From Chthoniobacteraceae bacterium (lineage in GTDB: Bacteria > Verrucomicrobiota > Verrucomicrobiia > Chthoniobacterales > Chthoniobacteraceae), in NCBI GenBank assembly GCA_040081625.1, contig JBEBGD010000054.1, forward strand, positions 1 through 36,054: DNA of 36,054 bases, given 5' to 3'. The notes beneath the pieces were generated by a model. It ran no database searches, was not told the DNA's origin, and was given only the letters and a program-made list of their open reading frames with translations. A program made the position numbers and the translations under genes. Shown one piece after another: positions 28,024-36,054 of this stretch (position 1 is the first letter of the stretch; the number at the start of each line of letters is the position of its first letter).

Positions 28024-29229
28024 TCAGCGCCCGCTTGATCTCAATAGTTGCAGCGTGGATTCCGCGAACGCCTTCCCCATCAGCGCGAAGGTCTTCGCGC
28101 AGCCGAGGTAGTGATAGCCCGCGTTGGATGCGCCGCGTTTCCATGTCGCGGCTTCCTCCGGGGAAATGAGCTTCGCTTCGAACTGCCGCACGTATTCGCG
28201 CTGCTGCTGCTCAGTCATCGAGCCGTCGGCGTTCGCCTCGTTCTTGTTCTTCGTCCGAAGTAGATGACCCATCTGTCGGACTTGATCGTGTTTGTCGGCA
28301 ATGGCGCCGAGCTTCTCATCCCAGAACGGAGCGGTCTGCACCGCGACGACGTTCCCCTTGAACTCCGGCAGCGCCGCCGGCGCGGCCATGGCTTCGCGAA
28401 ACGCGGCCACGTGCTCGTTCGGTTTCATCCCGCCGACCCCCATCACTCCGATGACGAAGGGCATCCGCGGCGCGTTCATGTCCTTGCGCACGTCGCGGAT
28501 GAAGCCGGCCATCCATCGGCTGTAGTCGGCGTAGCGCGGCTCTTTGCCGTCCTTCGTCGGTATCGGATACACGTCGCGATTCACCATGTCGTTCCACCCT
28601 TGAAACCAAACGAAGCCGGCGATCTCGAAGCCCTGCTTTTCATCATACGCCGGGCACACGCGCTTGATGTCGCCGAGCACGCGCTTCACGTGATCGATCA
28701 TGAGCCGGTAGTAGTGGCCCGACTGCGCCTCGAGATGGCGCCCCTTTTCGATGTCCGCCGTGGATCGCGGAAACGGCCCGGCGCTCGGCGGGCGAAAGTC
28801 GTGGTAGAGCGACTTGCCGCCCCACGCCGTCTTGATGATGAGCACCGGCTCGCTGAGCGCGCGATCCATCGTGAGCCCGAACGTGAACTCCGGCCCGATC
28901 TTGCCGCCATCCTCGGCAGGATTCCGCCGCGACCCATAACCCGCCGTCAGCTTGCCGAATCCCTCGCCGTTCGTCTCGCCACTGCCGGTGAGATACGAAA
29001 TCCAGACGTGAACGCACACGCGAGCCTTTCCGTCCGCGCCGCGCATCTGCTGCAACAACGGCGCCGTGGCCGGATCGTCGCCGATGTAGTCGAAGGTCTC
29101 GACTTTCGCGTGGCCCTCCATGTTCGACTGGCCGGCGAGGATGAAGACCTTGAGCGGCTTTGCTGCGTCCGCGGCGGAGAGCGTCCAAAGCGGAGTGAGT
29201 AGTGCGAAAAACAGCGGCAGGTATTTCAT
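28024..29229 (-). CDS. Secreted sialate O-acetylesterase-like (SASA/SGNH) carbohydrate esterase
   Basis: KVFILAGQSNMEG; GPEFTFG; IKTAWGGKSL..DFRPPS; FVWFQGWND; YHYLG. Confidence 0.88.
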   Translation of the reverse strand: MKYLPLFFALLTPLWTLSAADAAKPLKVFILAGQSNMEGHAKVETFDYIGDDPATAPLLQQMRGADGKARVCVHVWISYLTGSGETNGEGFGKLTAGYGSRRNPAEDGGKIGPEFTFGLTMDRALSEPVLIIKTAWGGKSLYHDFRPPSAGPFPRSTADIEKGRHLEAQSGHYYRLMIDHVKRVLGDIKRVCPAYDEKQGFEIAGFVWFQGWNDMVNRDVYPIPTKDGKEPRYADYSRWMAGFIRDVRKDMNAPRMPFVIGVMGVGGMKPNEHVAAFREAMAAPAALPEFKGNVVAVQTAPFWDEKLGAIADKHDQVRQMGHLLRTKNKNEANADGSMTEQQQREYVRQFEAKLISPEEAATWKRGASNAGYHYLGCAKTFALMGKAFAESTLQLLRSSGR

Positions 29230-29237
29230 GGTTCGAT

Positions 29238-30851
29238 CTATCGGGGTTGGGTGACAGGTGGGACGCCGTTCAGGTTCGGGAGTCGCGATGCGCTTCGTCC
29301 GGTCGCCTTGCTCTCATCGAGCAGGGCCTTGAGTTCTTTCACGATCTCCGGGTGCTGGAAATGGAGATTCGTCGTCTCGCCGGGATCGGCGCGGAGGTTG
29401 AAAAGCTGCGCCGGTGCGCCCGGTGCAGTGTCCGGGAGTGCGAAAGGCTTCAGCTCCCGGTTGTCGTAGTTGTTCCCACCCGAGCCGCGATGATCGAGAT
29501 ACTTCCAGTCGCCACGCCGGATGGCCAAATCGAGTTTGATCGTCTGATGGATCGTGTAGTCGCGCTTCGGCCGTCCGTCCGGCACGCCCGTGAGGAGGTG
29601 CAGAAAGCTGAAGCTATCCTCGGCTGAGTTCGCGGGGAGTTTCGCGCCGGTGATCGCCGCGCACGTGGCCATGATGTCCGTGAGGCAGACGGTTGCGTCC
29701 GAGACTCCGCCTGCCGCGACGCGCTGCGGCCAGCGCACGATCAGCGGCACGCGATGGCCGCCTTCCCAGTTATCGCGCTTCACGCCCCGCCACGGCCGCG
29801 CGCCGTCGTGCTGAAAGTCCGCGCGCATGTGGACGACGCTGGTCGTCTCGGGGCCGTTGTCGCTGCTGAAGATGATCAACGTATTCTCCGCGACGCCGAG
29901 CTTTTGAAGCGTCGCCATCAGCTCGCCAACGATGTGATCCAGCTCGGCGATGAAGTCGCCATGCGGTCCCGCCTTCGTCCTGCCCTGGAACGCAGGAGCA
30001 GCGAACGAGGGCAAGTGGACGGCCTGCATCGCGTGATACAAAAAGAACGGCTTCGCGGGATCGCGCCGGACATGCTGCTCGATCCACGCTTTGCTTTTCT
30101 CGAGGAACACGAGGTCCACCGTCTCGTGGTCGAACCCGGGAGCGACCAATCCACGCCGGCAGTCGGCTGAATACGGATGACGCGGCAGCGCCGACGCATC
30201 GAGCGGCACCGGCACGCGATCGTTCTCGATGAAGGCATACAGCCAGTCCGTCGTCGGGCAGCACGCCGTTCCGAAAAAATAATCGAAGCCACGATGCACC
30301 GGACCGTCGGCGATCGGCTTGGTGAAATCGACGAGCTTCACGCGCGTGACCTCCCGCGCGCTTCCGGTCACGGCGTCGTCGATCTTCGCCGCGTGCGCGG
30401 CTGTGCCGTCCCTGGTTTGAAACGTCATGCCGACATGCCACTTGCCCACGCACGCCGTCGCGTAGCCCTGGTCGCGCAACATTCCCGGCAGCGTGAGACG
30501 TTCTTTTTCGATCAAGCCCGGTCCGCCGACCCCCGTGAAGACGCCACCCCGGTAGCCGGTGCGGAAACACATCCGTCCCGTCAGGAGGCTGTAGCGCGAA
30601 GGCGTGCAAACAGTGGACGGCGAATGCGCGTCGGTGAACCTCATTCCTTCGCTCGCGAGGCGGTCGAGGTTCGGCGTGGCCACCTTCGACTCCGAATTGT
30701 AGCAACCGACGTCGCCGTATCCGAGATCGTCCGCGAGGATCACGACGATGTTCGGTTTGCCTGCCGGCGTCGCCGGCGAATCAGCGGCGTGCAGCGCTCC
30801 GGGCGCCGCCGACAGCAGCGTGGCGATGAGCAGATCGAGGGAACGCTTCAT
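29238..30851 (-). CDS. Secreted Cys-type (formylglycine-dependent) arylsulfatase
   Basis: PNIVVILADDLGYGD; CTPSRYSLLTGR; GKWHVG; SSDNG; WEGGHRVP; LFNLRADPGETTNL. Confidence 0.94.
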   Translation of the reverse strand: MKRSLDLLIATLLSAAPGALHAADSPATPAGKPNIVVILADDLGYGDVGCYNSESKVATPNLDRLASEGMRFTDAHSPSTVCTPSRYSLLTGRMCFRTGYRGGVFTGVGGPGLIEKERLTLPGMLRDQGYATACVGKWHVGMTFQTRDGTAAHAAKIDDAVTGSAREVTRVKLVDFTKPIADGPVHRGFDYFFGTACCPTTDWLYAFIENDRVPVPLDASALPRHPYSADCRRGLVAPGFDHETVDLVFLEKSKAWIEQHVRRDPAKPFFLYHAMQAVHLPSFAAPAFQGRTKAGPHGDFIAELDHIVGELMATLQKLGVAENTLIIFSSDNGPETTSVVHMRADFQHDGARPWRGVKRDNWEGGHRVPLIVRWPQRVAAGGVSDATVCLTDIMATCAAITGAKLPANSAEDSFSFLHLLTGVPDGRPKRDYTIHQTIKLDLAIRRGDWKYLDHRGSGGNNYDNRELKPFALPDTAPGAPAQLFNLRADPGETTNLHFQHPEIVKELKALLDESKATGRSASRLPNLNGVPPVTQPR

Positions 30852-30889
30852 CGGTTCAGGGTGTCCGCATTTTCACAGCGAGAGACCGC

Positions 30890-31099
30890 TCACTCGCCGC
30901 GGTCGCGCCGGCGCTTGAGGATGAAATAAACGAGCACGGGAAATCCAAAGGTCATCACGCCGTAATAAAACTGCGCGCCGGGGCCGAGCCGCTGGAGGAA
31001 GCCCATCGAGGAAAGCACGGCGAGGATGATCACGTCGGCGGCGAGGATCACGCCGAGGATGATGCCGAGCGGCGGGGGTTGCGGATTGTCTTCTGGCAT
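30890..31099 (-). CDS. Small two-TM membrane protein (69 aa)
   Basis: MPEDNPQPPPLGIILGVILAADVIILAVL...YYGVMTFGFPVLVYFILKRRR: two hydrophobic segments and a basic C-terminus. Confidence 0.65.
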   Translation of the reverse strand: MPEDNPQPPPLGIILGVILAADVIILAVLSSMGFLQRLGPGAQFYYGVMTFGFPVLVYFILKRRRDRGE

Positions 31100-31220
31100 C
31101 GTGCCCGGTAGCACGCGGCGGGGCCGGCGCAAATCGCCGACTTCGCCCTTGCCGCAGCGGCGCGAAGCGGCATCGTGCGCGCCTTCGCAACTTGCAACGA
31201 AAGGAGGGGAAACACCAATC

Positions 31221-31334
31221 ATGAAGTATCTCGCAATCATCGCTCTCGCCGTCATGGCGCTGGGCCTCGGCGCCTGCGCGAGCAAGGACCCGGCCCCGGC
31301 GCCGGCCCCGGCCTCGCACGGTTACTCGAAGTAA
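31221..31334 (+). CDS. Very small lipoprotein (37 aa; 19-aa mature peptide CASKDPAPAPAPASHGYSK)
   Basis: AAGGAGG at 31201-31207; signal peptide MKYLAIIALAVMALGLGA-C with lipobox LGAC; strong terminator downstream. Confidence 0.82.
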   Translation: MKYLAIIALAVMALGLGACASKDPAPAPAPASHGYSK

Positions 31335-31364
31335 CTGGTTCGGCCTCACCATGAGGCTGCTTTC

Positions 31365-31405
31365 AAAGCCAGCCCGGTCCCCCCGACCGGGCTGGCTTTT
31401 ATTTT
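31365..31405. terminator. Rho-independent terminator, probably bidirectional
   Basis: 15-bp stem AAAGCCAGCCCGGTC / GACCGGGCTGGCTTT with CCCCC loop, followed by TATTTT; between convergent genes. Confidence 0.9.
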
Positions 31406-31468
31406 GCCGGCTGCACGCGCCGGTTCCGAGTGAACGCCATGCCACTTGCACTCGCGCTTGCCACTCCC

Positions 31469-32230
31469 TCAAAGCCCCGTCGGGTGATCGATGAACTCCC
31501 ACGGCAGCTCGAACTTCGCGGCGACGTGTGCGGCGAGCGCCTTCACGCCGAAGGTCTCGGTCGCGTAATGGCCCGCGTAGATCACGTTCAAGCCGAGTTC
31601 CTCCGCCGCGGTGTAGCTCCAGTGCGGGCCTTCGCCGGTGATGAACGTATCGACTCCGCTGCGCGCGATCTCCGCGACTTCGCCGCCCGCGCCGCCGGTC
31701 ACGATGCCGATCCGCCGCACGTTCTCCGGCCCCGCGGTGCACGCAGTCACCGGCGCATCGCCCACGGCATCGCGCACGCGGTTGAGTAGATCGGCGAACG
31801 TCGTCTCCAGCTCGCCACGCATCCCGACTGGCTCGGTCTTGTATGGAAAGAACGGCTCGATCTTGTGCAGGCCGATCGCACCCGCGAGTTGCACGGCATT
31901 CCCCACCAGCGGATGCGCATCGAGCGGCAGATGCGAGGCGAAGACGGCGAGGTCGCCGTGGATCGCGAGCTTGAGCTTCCGAAATCGCGCGCCGGTGAAC
32001 GCCGTGCAGTGCTGATCCCACATCAGCCCGTGATGCACGAGCAGCAGCGACACGCCGCGCTGGACCGCCTCGGCGATCACCGGCTCGCACGCATCGACCG
32101 CCGCGCCGATCTTCGCCACGCGCCCGGAGTTCTCGAGTTGGAGCCCGTTGACGGCATTCGCGTAGTCCGGGAAGCCCGGGTGGCGGAGGTATTCTTCGAG
32201 ATCGGCGACGATGGAACTGAGTGCGGACAC
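31469..32230 (-). CDS. Nif3/YbgI-family dinuclear metal-centre protein
   Basis: GTG start re-picked; NGLQLE; AAVDA; LLVHHGL; HLPLDAHP..GN; FITGE; GHYATETFGV; DHPTGL. Confidence 0.93.
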   Translation of the reverse strand: MSALSSIVADLEEYLRHPGFPDYANAVNGLQLENSGRVAKIGAAVDACEPVIAEAVQRGVSLLLVHHGLMWDQHCTAFTGARFRKLKLAIHGDLAVFASHLPLDAHPLVGNAVQLAGAIGLHKIEPFFPYKTEPVGMRGELETTFADLLNRVRDAVGDAPVTACTAGPENVRRIGIVTGGAGGEVAEIARSGVDTFITGEGPHWSYTAAEELGLNVIYAGHYATETFGVKALAAHVAAKFELPWEFIDHPTGL

Positions 32231-32313
32231 GCGCAGAGCATGGACGACGAACGCGGCGGGATGAAGCGCGGAGTTGCGCGCAGCCCTCATCCATCCGCGT
32301 GGCGAAACAGTGC

Positions 32314-32343
32314 TTGTCCTCGACGCGCCCGGAGGACTACCTT
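32314..32343 (+). promoter_or_regulatory. Candidate promoter placed for a leaderless transcript
   Basis: TTGTCC (32314-32319), 18-nt spacer, TACCTT (32338-32343), 6 nt before ATG 32350. Confidence 0.3.
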
Positions 32344-32349
32344 TTTCCC

Positions 32350-32778
32350 ATGCCTACGAAAACCGCAGACTCCAAGCCCCCGGAGACTCGCCCGGAGGAT
32401 TCCGCCGCGGCGAAGACGTGCCCGTGGTGCGACACGCCCCTCGACGCGAAGAACCCGACCGAATGCAACCGCTGCGACTGGATCGACGTCGATCTCAGCG
32501 AAAACGCCCCGCGCGTCGCCACCGAGCGCGACACCTACGCGACCGTGCTCAGCGTCGTGCCCGGCCTCGGCCACATCTACAAGGGCCACACACGACTCGG
32601 CGGACTCTTCATGGTCGGCGGCTTCTTCGCGATCCTCGGCAGCTTCATCGCAGCCACCGCCACGATGGGCTTCGGCCTGCTCTTCATCCCGTGGTATTGG
32701 GTCGGCGTGATGCTGCACGCCTACTGGCTCGAGGATCTCGTCGCCGCGAAGGCGCAGGGAAAGCCGGCGAAATCGTAG
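32350..32778 (+). CDS. Zinc-ribbon plus membrane-domain protein (PGLGH motif, TM2/DUF5683-like)
   Basis: CPWC...CNRC; LSVVPGLGHIYKGH followed by hydrophobic helices. Confidence 0.78.
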   Translation: MPTKTADSKPPETRPEDSAAAKTCPWCDTPLDAKNPTECNRCDWIDVDLSENAPRVATERDTYATVLSVVPGLGHIYKGHTRLGGLFMVGGFFAILGSFIAATATMGFGLLFIPWYWVGVMLHAYWLEDLVAAKAQGKPAKS

Positions 32779-32920
32779 CGCGCCGAAAACCGGCACTGAA
32801 TACACGCGCCTGCCGTCGCCGGCTGTGATTGATGCACCATTCGACAAATGGGCCGTTTCGCGGTAAATGCGCGCGCGAACTCAACGTCGCGGCGAGCGCG
32901 GCGGCAAACTCCACTCCCGT

Positions 32921-35900
32921 ATGAAAACGACGCTCCATCTCATCATCGCGGCACTGATGCTTTGCGGAACATTCGGCCACGCGGCCAACATCACCGTCAC
33001 GACGACCGTGGACGAAGTGAATGGCAACACCACGAGCATCGCAAATCTCATCGCCACTCCCGGCGGCGCGGGGATCGGCCTGCGCGAAGCGATCATCGCA
33101 GCGAACAACACGGCGGGCGCGGACACGATTCTGTTCGCCGGCGGGACCAACGGAACGCCCTTCACGCTCACCCGCGTCGGCGACGATGACACGGCCAGCC
33201 TCGGCGATCTCGATGTCCTCGATTCGCTCACGATCACCGGCAACGGCGCGACGAGCACGATCATCCAGGCGGGCACGAACGCGACCAACGGCATCGACAA
33301 GGTGCTCGCGCTGAATCCGACCTGTGCTCCCGCGCTGCGATTCACGCTCACGGGAATCACAGTGCGCTTTGGGCGCAACACGACGGCGCACGACGCGCGC
33401 TTCCAGGACACCGGCGGCGGCATCGACTGGTGCGGCGCGGGCACGGGCGCGAACGCGCCTTCGCTCACGATCTCGGACTGCGTGATCACGCAAAACGCGA
33501 CGCTTTATAACAACGCTGCGGATAGCGGCCACTACGGTGGCGGGCTGAACATCGACGAGGTCGCGCCATCCAACGGCGTCGTCACGATCACGAACACCGT
33601 CTTCTCGAACAACAGTTGCACCGCTCACGGCGGCGGCCTGAATGTATTCGGAGACAACGTGCAGGTGACGATCTCAGGCTCGACCTTCTCGGGCAATACC
33701 GCGCTCGGGACCAATGGCGTGGGCGCGCAAGGTGGCGGCATCAATATCCGCATCACCAACCAGAACGACGGCGACGGCGCGCCGACGCCATTCGTGAATA
33801 TCTCCAACTCGACGATCGTGAACAACACGGGCGTCGGTTTCGGCGGCGGCATAGATGTTCAGGGCAGCGGCAATCAGGATGTGAACATCTCGAACACCGC
33901 GATCACCGGCAATTCGCTGATCGTGGTGGCGGGTGGAGTCACGAACACGAGCGGCGGCGGACTCGACCACAGCAACAACGCGGCGCGCACCACCACGCTG
34001 ACCAACGTGCTCATCGCCAACAACACCTCGACCGGCAGCGCCACGTCGCTCGGCGGCGGCGTCTCTCACGGCTCCGGCGTGCTGGTCATCCGCAACAGCA
34101 CGATCAGCGGCAACTCGACGACGAGCGACGGCGGCGGCGTCTATGTGACCACGGACCCGACGCTGACGCTCATCAACACGACGATCTCGAACAACCGCGC
34201 GAACTCGGACAACAACGCCAGCGGCACGGGCGGCGCCATTCGCAAACTCGCCGGGGCGGGCACGGTGACGCTGCAGAATACGATTTGCGACGGCAACTTT
34301 CGCGGCACCGGCGCGACTGTCGATGAAGTGAACGGCGCGATCACCGCGAACTTCAGCCTGATCGCCGACACGACCGGCGCGACGATCAGCGGCGCGAACA
34401 ATCAAACGAGTGTGAGCGCCCGCCTCGCCGCGCTCGCGGGCAACGGCGGGCCGACCGTTGGCCCGGCCGGTTTTACCGCGGTGCTGCAAACGCACGCGCT
34501 GCTCGCGGGGAGTCCGGCGCTCGACAACGGCTCGAACGCGCTCGTGCCCGGCGCGCTGACGACCGACCAGCGCGGCACCGGCTTCGCCCGCATCCTCGAC
34601 GCGGCGGACGCAAACACGACCGATACCGTGGACATCGGCGCGCTCGAGCAACACCCGTCGATCGAAGACGTCGCCAACCAGGCGATCAACGAAGACGGCT
34701 CGCTCGGGTTCGCCTTCAACGTCGGCGACGCTGACCTTGTTTTCGACTCGATCACTGCGACCGCGGGCAACACAACGCTTGTGCCAAACAACGCGGCGAA
34801 CATCAGCGTGAGCGGCTCGGGTTCATCGCGAACGCTCACGATCAATCCCGCGCCGAATCAATTCGGGACGACGACGATCACGCTGACAGCGACCGACACC
34901 ATCGCCGGCACGGCGCTGTCGATGAGCGATACTTTCCTGCTGACCGTCAACCCGCTCGCCGACCCGCCAACCGTTTCGAGTGCGACAACGCCGGAGGACA
35001 CGCAGAGTTCGTCGGGACTCGTCATCGGTCGCAACGCGGCGGACGGCGCGGAGGTCACCCATTTCAGAATCACCGGCATCACCGGCGGCACGCTCTTCAA
35101 GAACAACGGCACGACGGTGATCAACAACAACGACTTCATCACCTTCACGGAGGGGAACGCCGGGCTGAAGTTCACGCCGTCCGCGAACTTGAACACGCCC
35201 ACGGGAAACACCTTCGGCTTCACCGCGCAGGCATCGCTGGATGCGGTGGGCACGGGCATCAGCACCACGACCTCCACGAGCATCACCGTGTCCGAGGTCA
35301 ACGATCCGCCGACGGCCGCACCTGATACGCTCACGAATGTGGCCGAGGACTCCGGCCAGCGGACGATCCTCGCCGCCACGCTCACGGGCAACGACTCGCG
35401 AGGGCCCGCGAATGAAAACGCGCAAACGCTGACCATCACTGCCGCCGGCAGCGCCGTGGGCGGCACGGTGAGCGTGTCCGGCGGCAACGTGCTTTTCGAC
35501 CCGACGCTGAATTTCAACGGCGCGGCGAGCTTCAGCTACACCATCACCGACAACGGAACCACGAACGGCTCCGCCGATCCCAAGACGTCGAGCGCGACCG
35601 CGAGCTTCATGATCACCCCCGTGAACGACCCGCCGGTGATCACCGGCCAGAACGTCGTCTCCACGCCGGAGGAAACCGCGCGCACGATCGTCTTCGGAGA
35701 CCTGCTCGTGAGCGATCCCGACAACACGTATCCGACCGGCTTCACGCTCACCGTGATGGACGGCACCAACTACACGCGCACCGGCAACGCGATCACTCCA
35801 GCACTCGACTTCAACGGCACGCTCACCGTGCCCGTCAAAGTCAACGACGGCGCGGCGGACAGCAACGTCTTCAACCTCAGCGTCAGCGTCACGGCGCTGA

Positions 35901-36054
35901 ACGACCCGCCGGCGATCACCGGCCAGAACCTCGTCTCCACTCCGGAGGAAACCGAGCGCACGATCGTCTTCGGAGACCTGCTCGTGAGCGATCCCGACAA
36001 CACGTATCCGACCGGCTTCACGCTCACCGTGATGGACGGCACCAACTACACGCG
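32921..36054 (+). CDS. Large secreted adhesin-like protein, truncated by the window end (CSLREA-like N-terminus, parallel beta-helix, choice-of-anchor-Q-like motif, cadherin/Big_9 tandem repeats)
   Basis: Absent from the ORF track because it has no stop in the window. My translation from ATG 32921 gives MKTTLHLIIAALMLCGTFGHA-ANITVTTTVD; GLREAIIAAN; GGG(I/L/V)..STISGN repeats; NGGPT..THALLAGSPALDNG..DQRG..DIGALE; VNDPP..ED repeats. Confidence 0.9.
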   Translation, partial: MKTTLHLIIAALMLCGTFGHAANITVTTTVDEVNGNTTSIANLIATPGGAGIGLREAIIAANNTAGADTILFAGGTNGTPFTLTRVGDDDTASLGDLDVLDSLTITGNGATSTIIQAGTNATNGIDKVLALNPTCAPALRFTLTGITVRFGRNTTAHDARFQDTGGGIDWCGAGTGANAPSLTISDCVITQNATLYNNAADSGHYGGGLNIDEVAPSNGVVTITNTVFSNNSCTAHGGGLNVFGDNVQVTISGSTFSGNTALGTNGVGAQGGGINIRITNQNDGDGAPTPFVNISNSTIVNNTGVGFGGGIDVQGSGNQDVNISNTAITGNSLIVVAGGVTNTSGGGLDHSNNAARTTTLTNVLIANNTSTGSATSLGGGVSHGSGVLVIRNSTISGNSTTSDGGGVYVTTDPTLTLINTTISNNRANSDNNASGTGGAIRKLAGAGTVTLQNTICDGNFRGTGATVDEVNGAITANFSLIADTTGATISGANNQTSVSARLAALAGNGGPTVGPAGFTAVLQTHALLAGSPALDNGSNALVPGALTTDQRGTGFARILDAADANTTDTVDIGALEQHPSIEDVANQAINEDGSLGFAFNVGDADLVFDSITATAGNTTLVPNNAANISVSGSGSSRTLTINPAPNQFGTTTITLTATDTIAGTALSMSDTFLLTVNPLADPPTVSSATTPEDTQSSSGLVIGRNAADGAEVTHFRITGITGGTLFKNNGTTVINNNDFITFTEGNAGLKFTPSANLNTPTGNTFGFTAQASLDAVGTGISTTTSTSITVSEVNDPPTAAPDTLTNVAEDSGQRTILAATLTGNDSRGPANENAQTLTITAAGSAVGGTVSVSGGNVLFDPTLNFNGAASFSYTITDNGTTNGSADPKTSSATASFMITPVNDPPVITGQNVVSTPEETARTIVFGDLLVSDPDNTYPTGFTLTVMDGTNYTRTGNAITPALDFNGTLTVPVKVNDGAADSNVFNLSVSVTALNDPPAITGQNLVSTPEETERTIVFGDLLVSDPDNTYPTGFTLTVMDGTNYT
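35622..36054 (+). repeat. Near-identical 276-bp (92-aa) intragenic tandem repeat in the adhesin
   Basis: 35622-35778 recurs at 35898-36054 with only a few substitutions (NDPP(V/A)ITGQN(V/L)VSTPEET(A/E)RTIVFGDLLVSDPDNTYPTGFTLTVMDGTNYT). Confidence 0.92.

Noticed and set aside
32684..36045. Series of short minus-strand ORFs at the right end, which could suggest a fragmented or pseudogenised region
   Set aside because: All are shadows of one continuous plus-strand adhesin frame starting at 32921

Overview
GC-rich (roughly two-thirds G+C by eye) bacterial chromosomal window, most likely Verrucomicrobiota. That placement is inferred from gene families and style and is not verified. It is mostly core and envelope genes. 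From the left: a truncated gene, two coiled-coil lipoproteins (one with a glycine zipper), fabF, an MGDG-synthase-type GT28, and a HupE/UreJ protein divergent from a small secreted protein. Then a GT2-hypothetical-methyltransferase-wzm-wzt run, thiH-thiS, an AsmA-like protein and a two-domain esterase. A long minus-strand run follows (bactofilin, double-zinc-ribbon bactofilin, RMDN-like TPR protein, lgt, degenerate MBL-fold, hypothetical, UbiA/MqnP-type prenyltransferase), divergent from an orphan sigma54 response regulator, a GT-C membrane protein and tRNA-Leu(UAA). The right part holds a PQQ-propeller/SASA esterase/sulfatase block, small proteins, a Nif3 protein and a large adhesin running off the end. 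I found no integrase, transposase, CRISPR array or rRNA. The best leads are the bactofilin/Zn-ribbon-bactofilin/RMDN-TPR/lgt operon, a 37-aa monocistronic lipoprotein ending in Y-x-K (possible minimal Braun-lipoprotein analogue), a TagQ/TagR-like lipoprotein module, and three distinct miniature palindromic elements in intergenic gaps. Many start codons were re-picked from the over-extended ORF track. All family calls come from motif recognition, not database searches.
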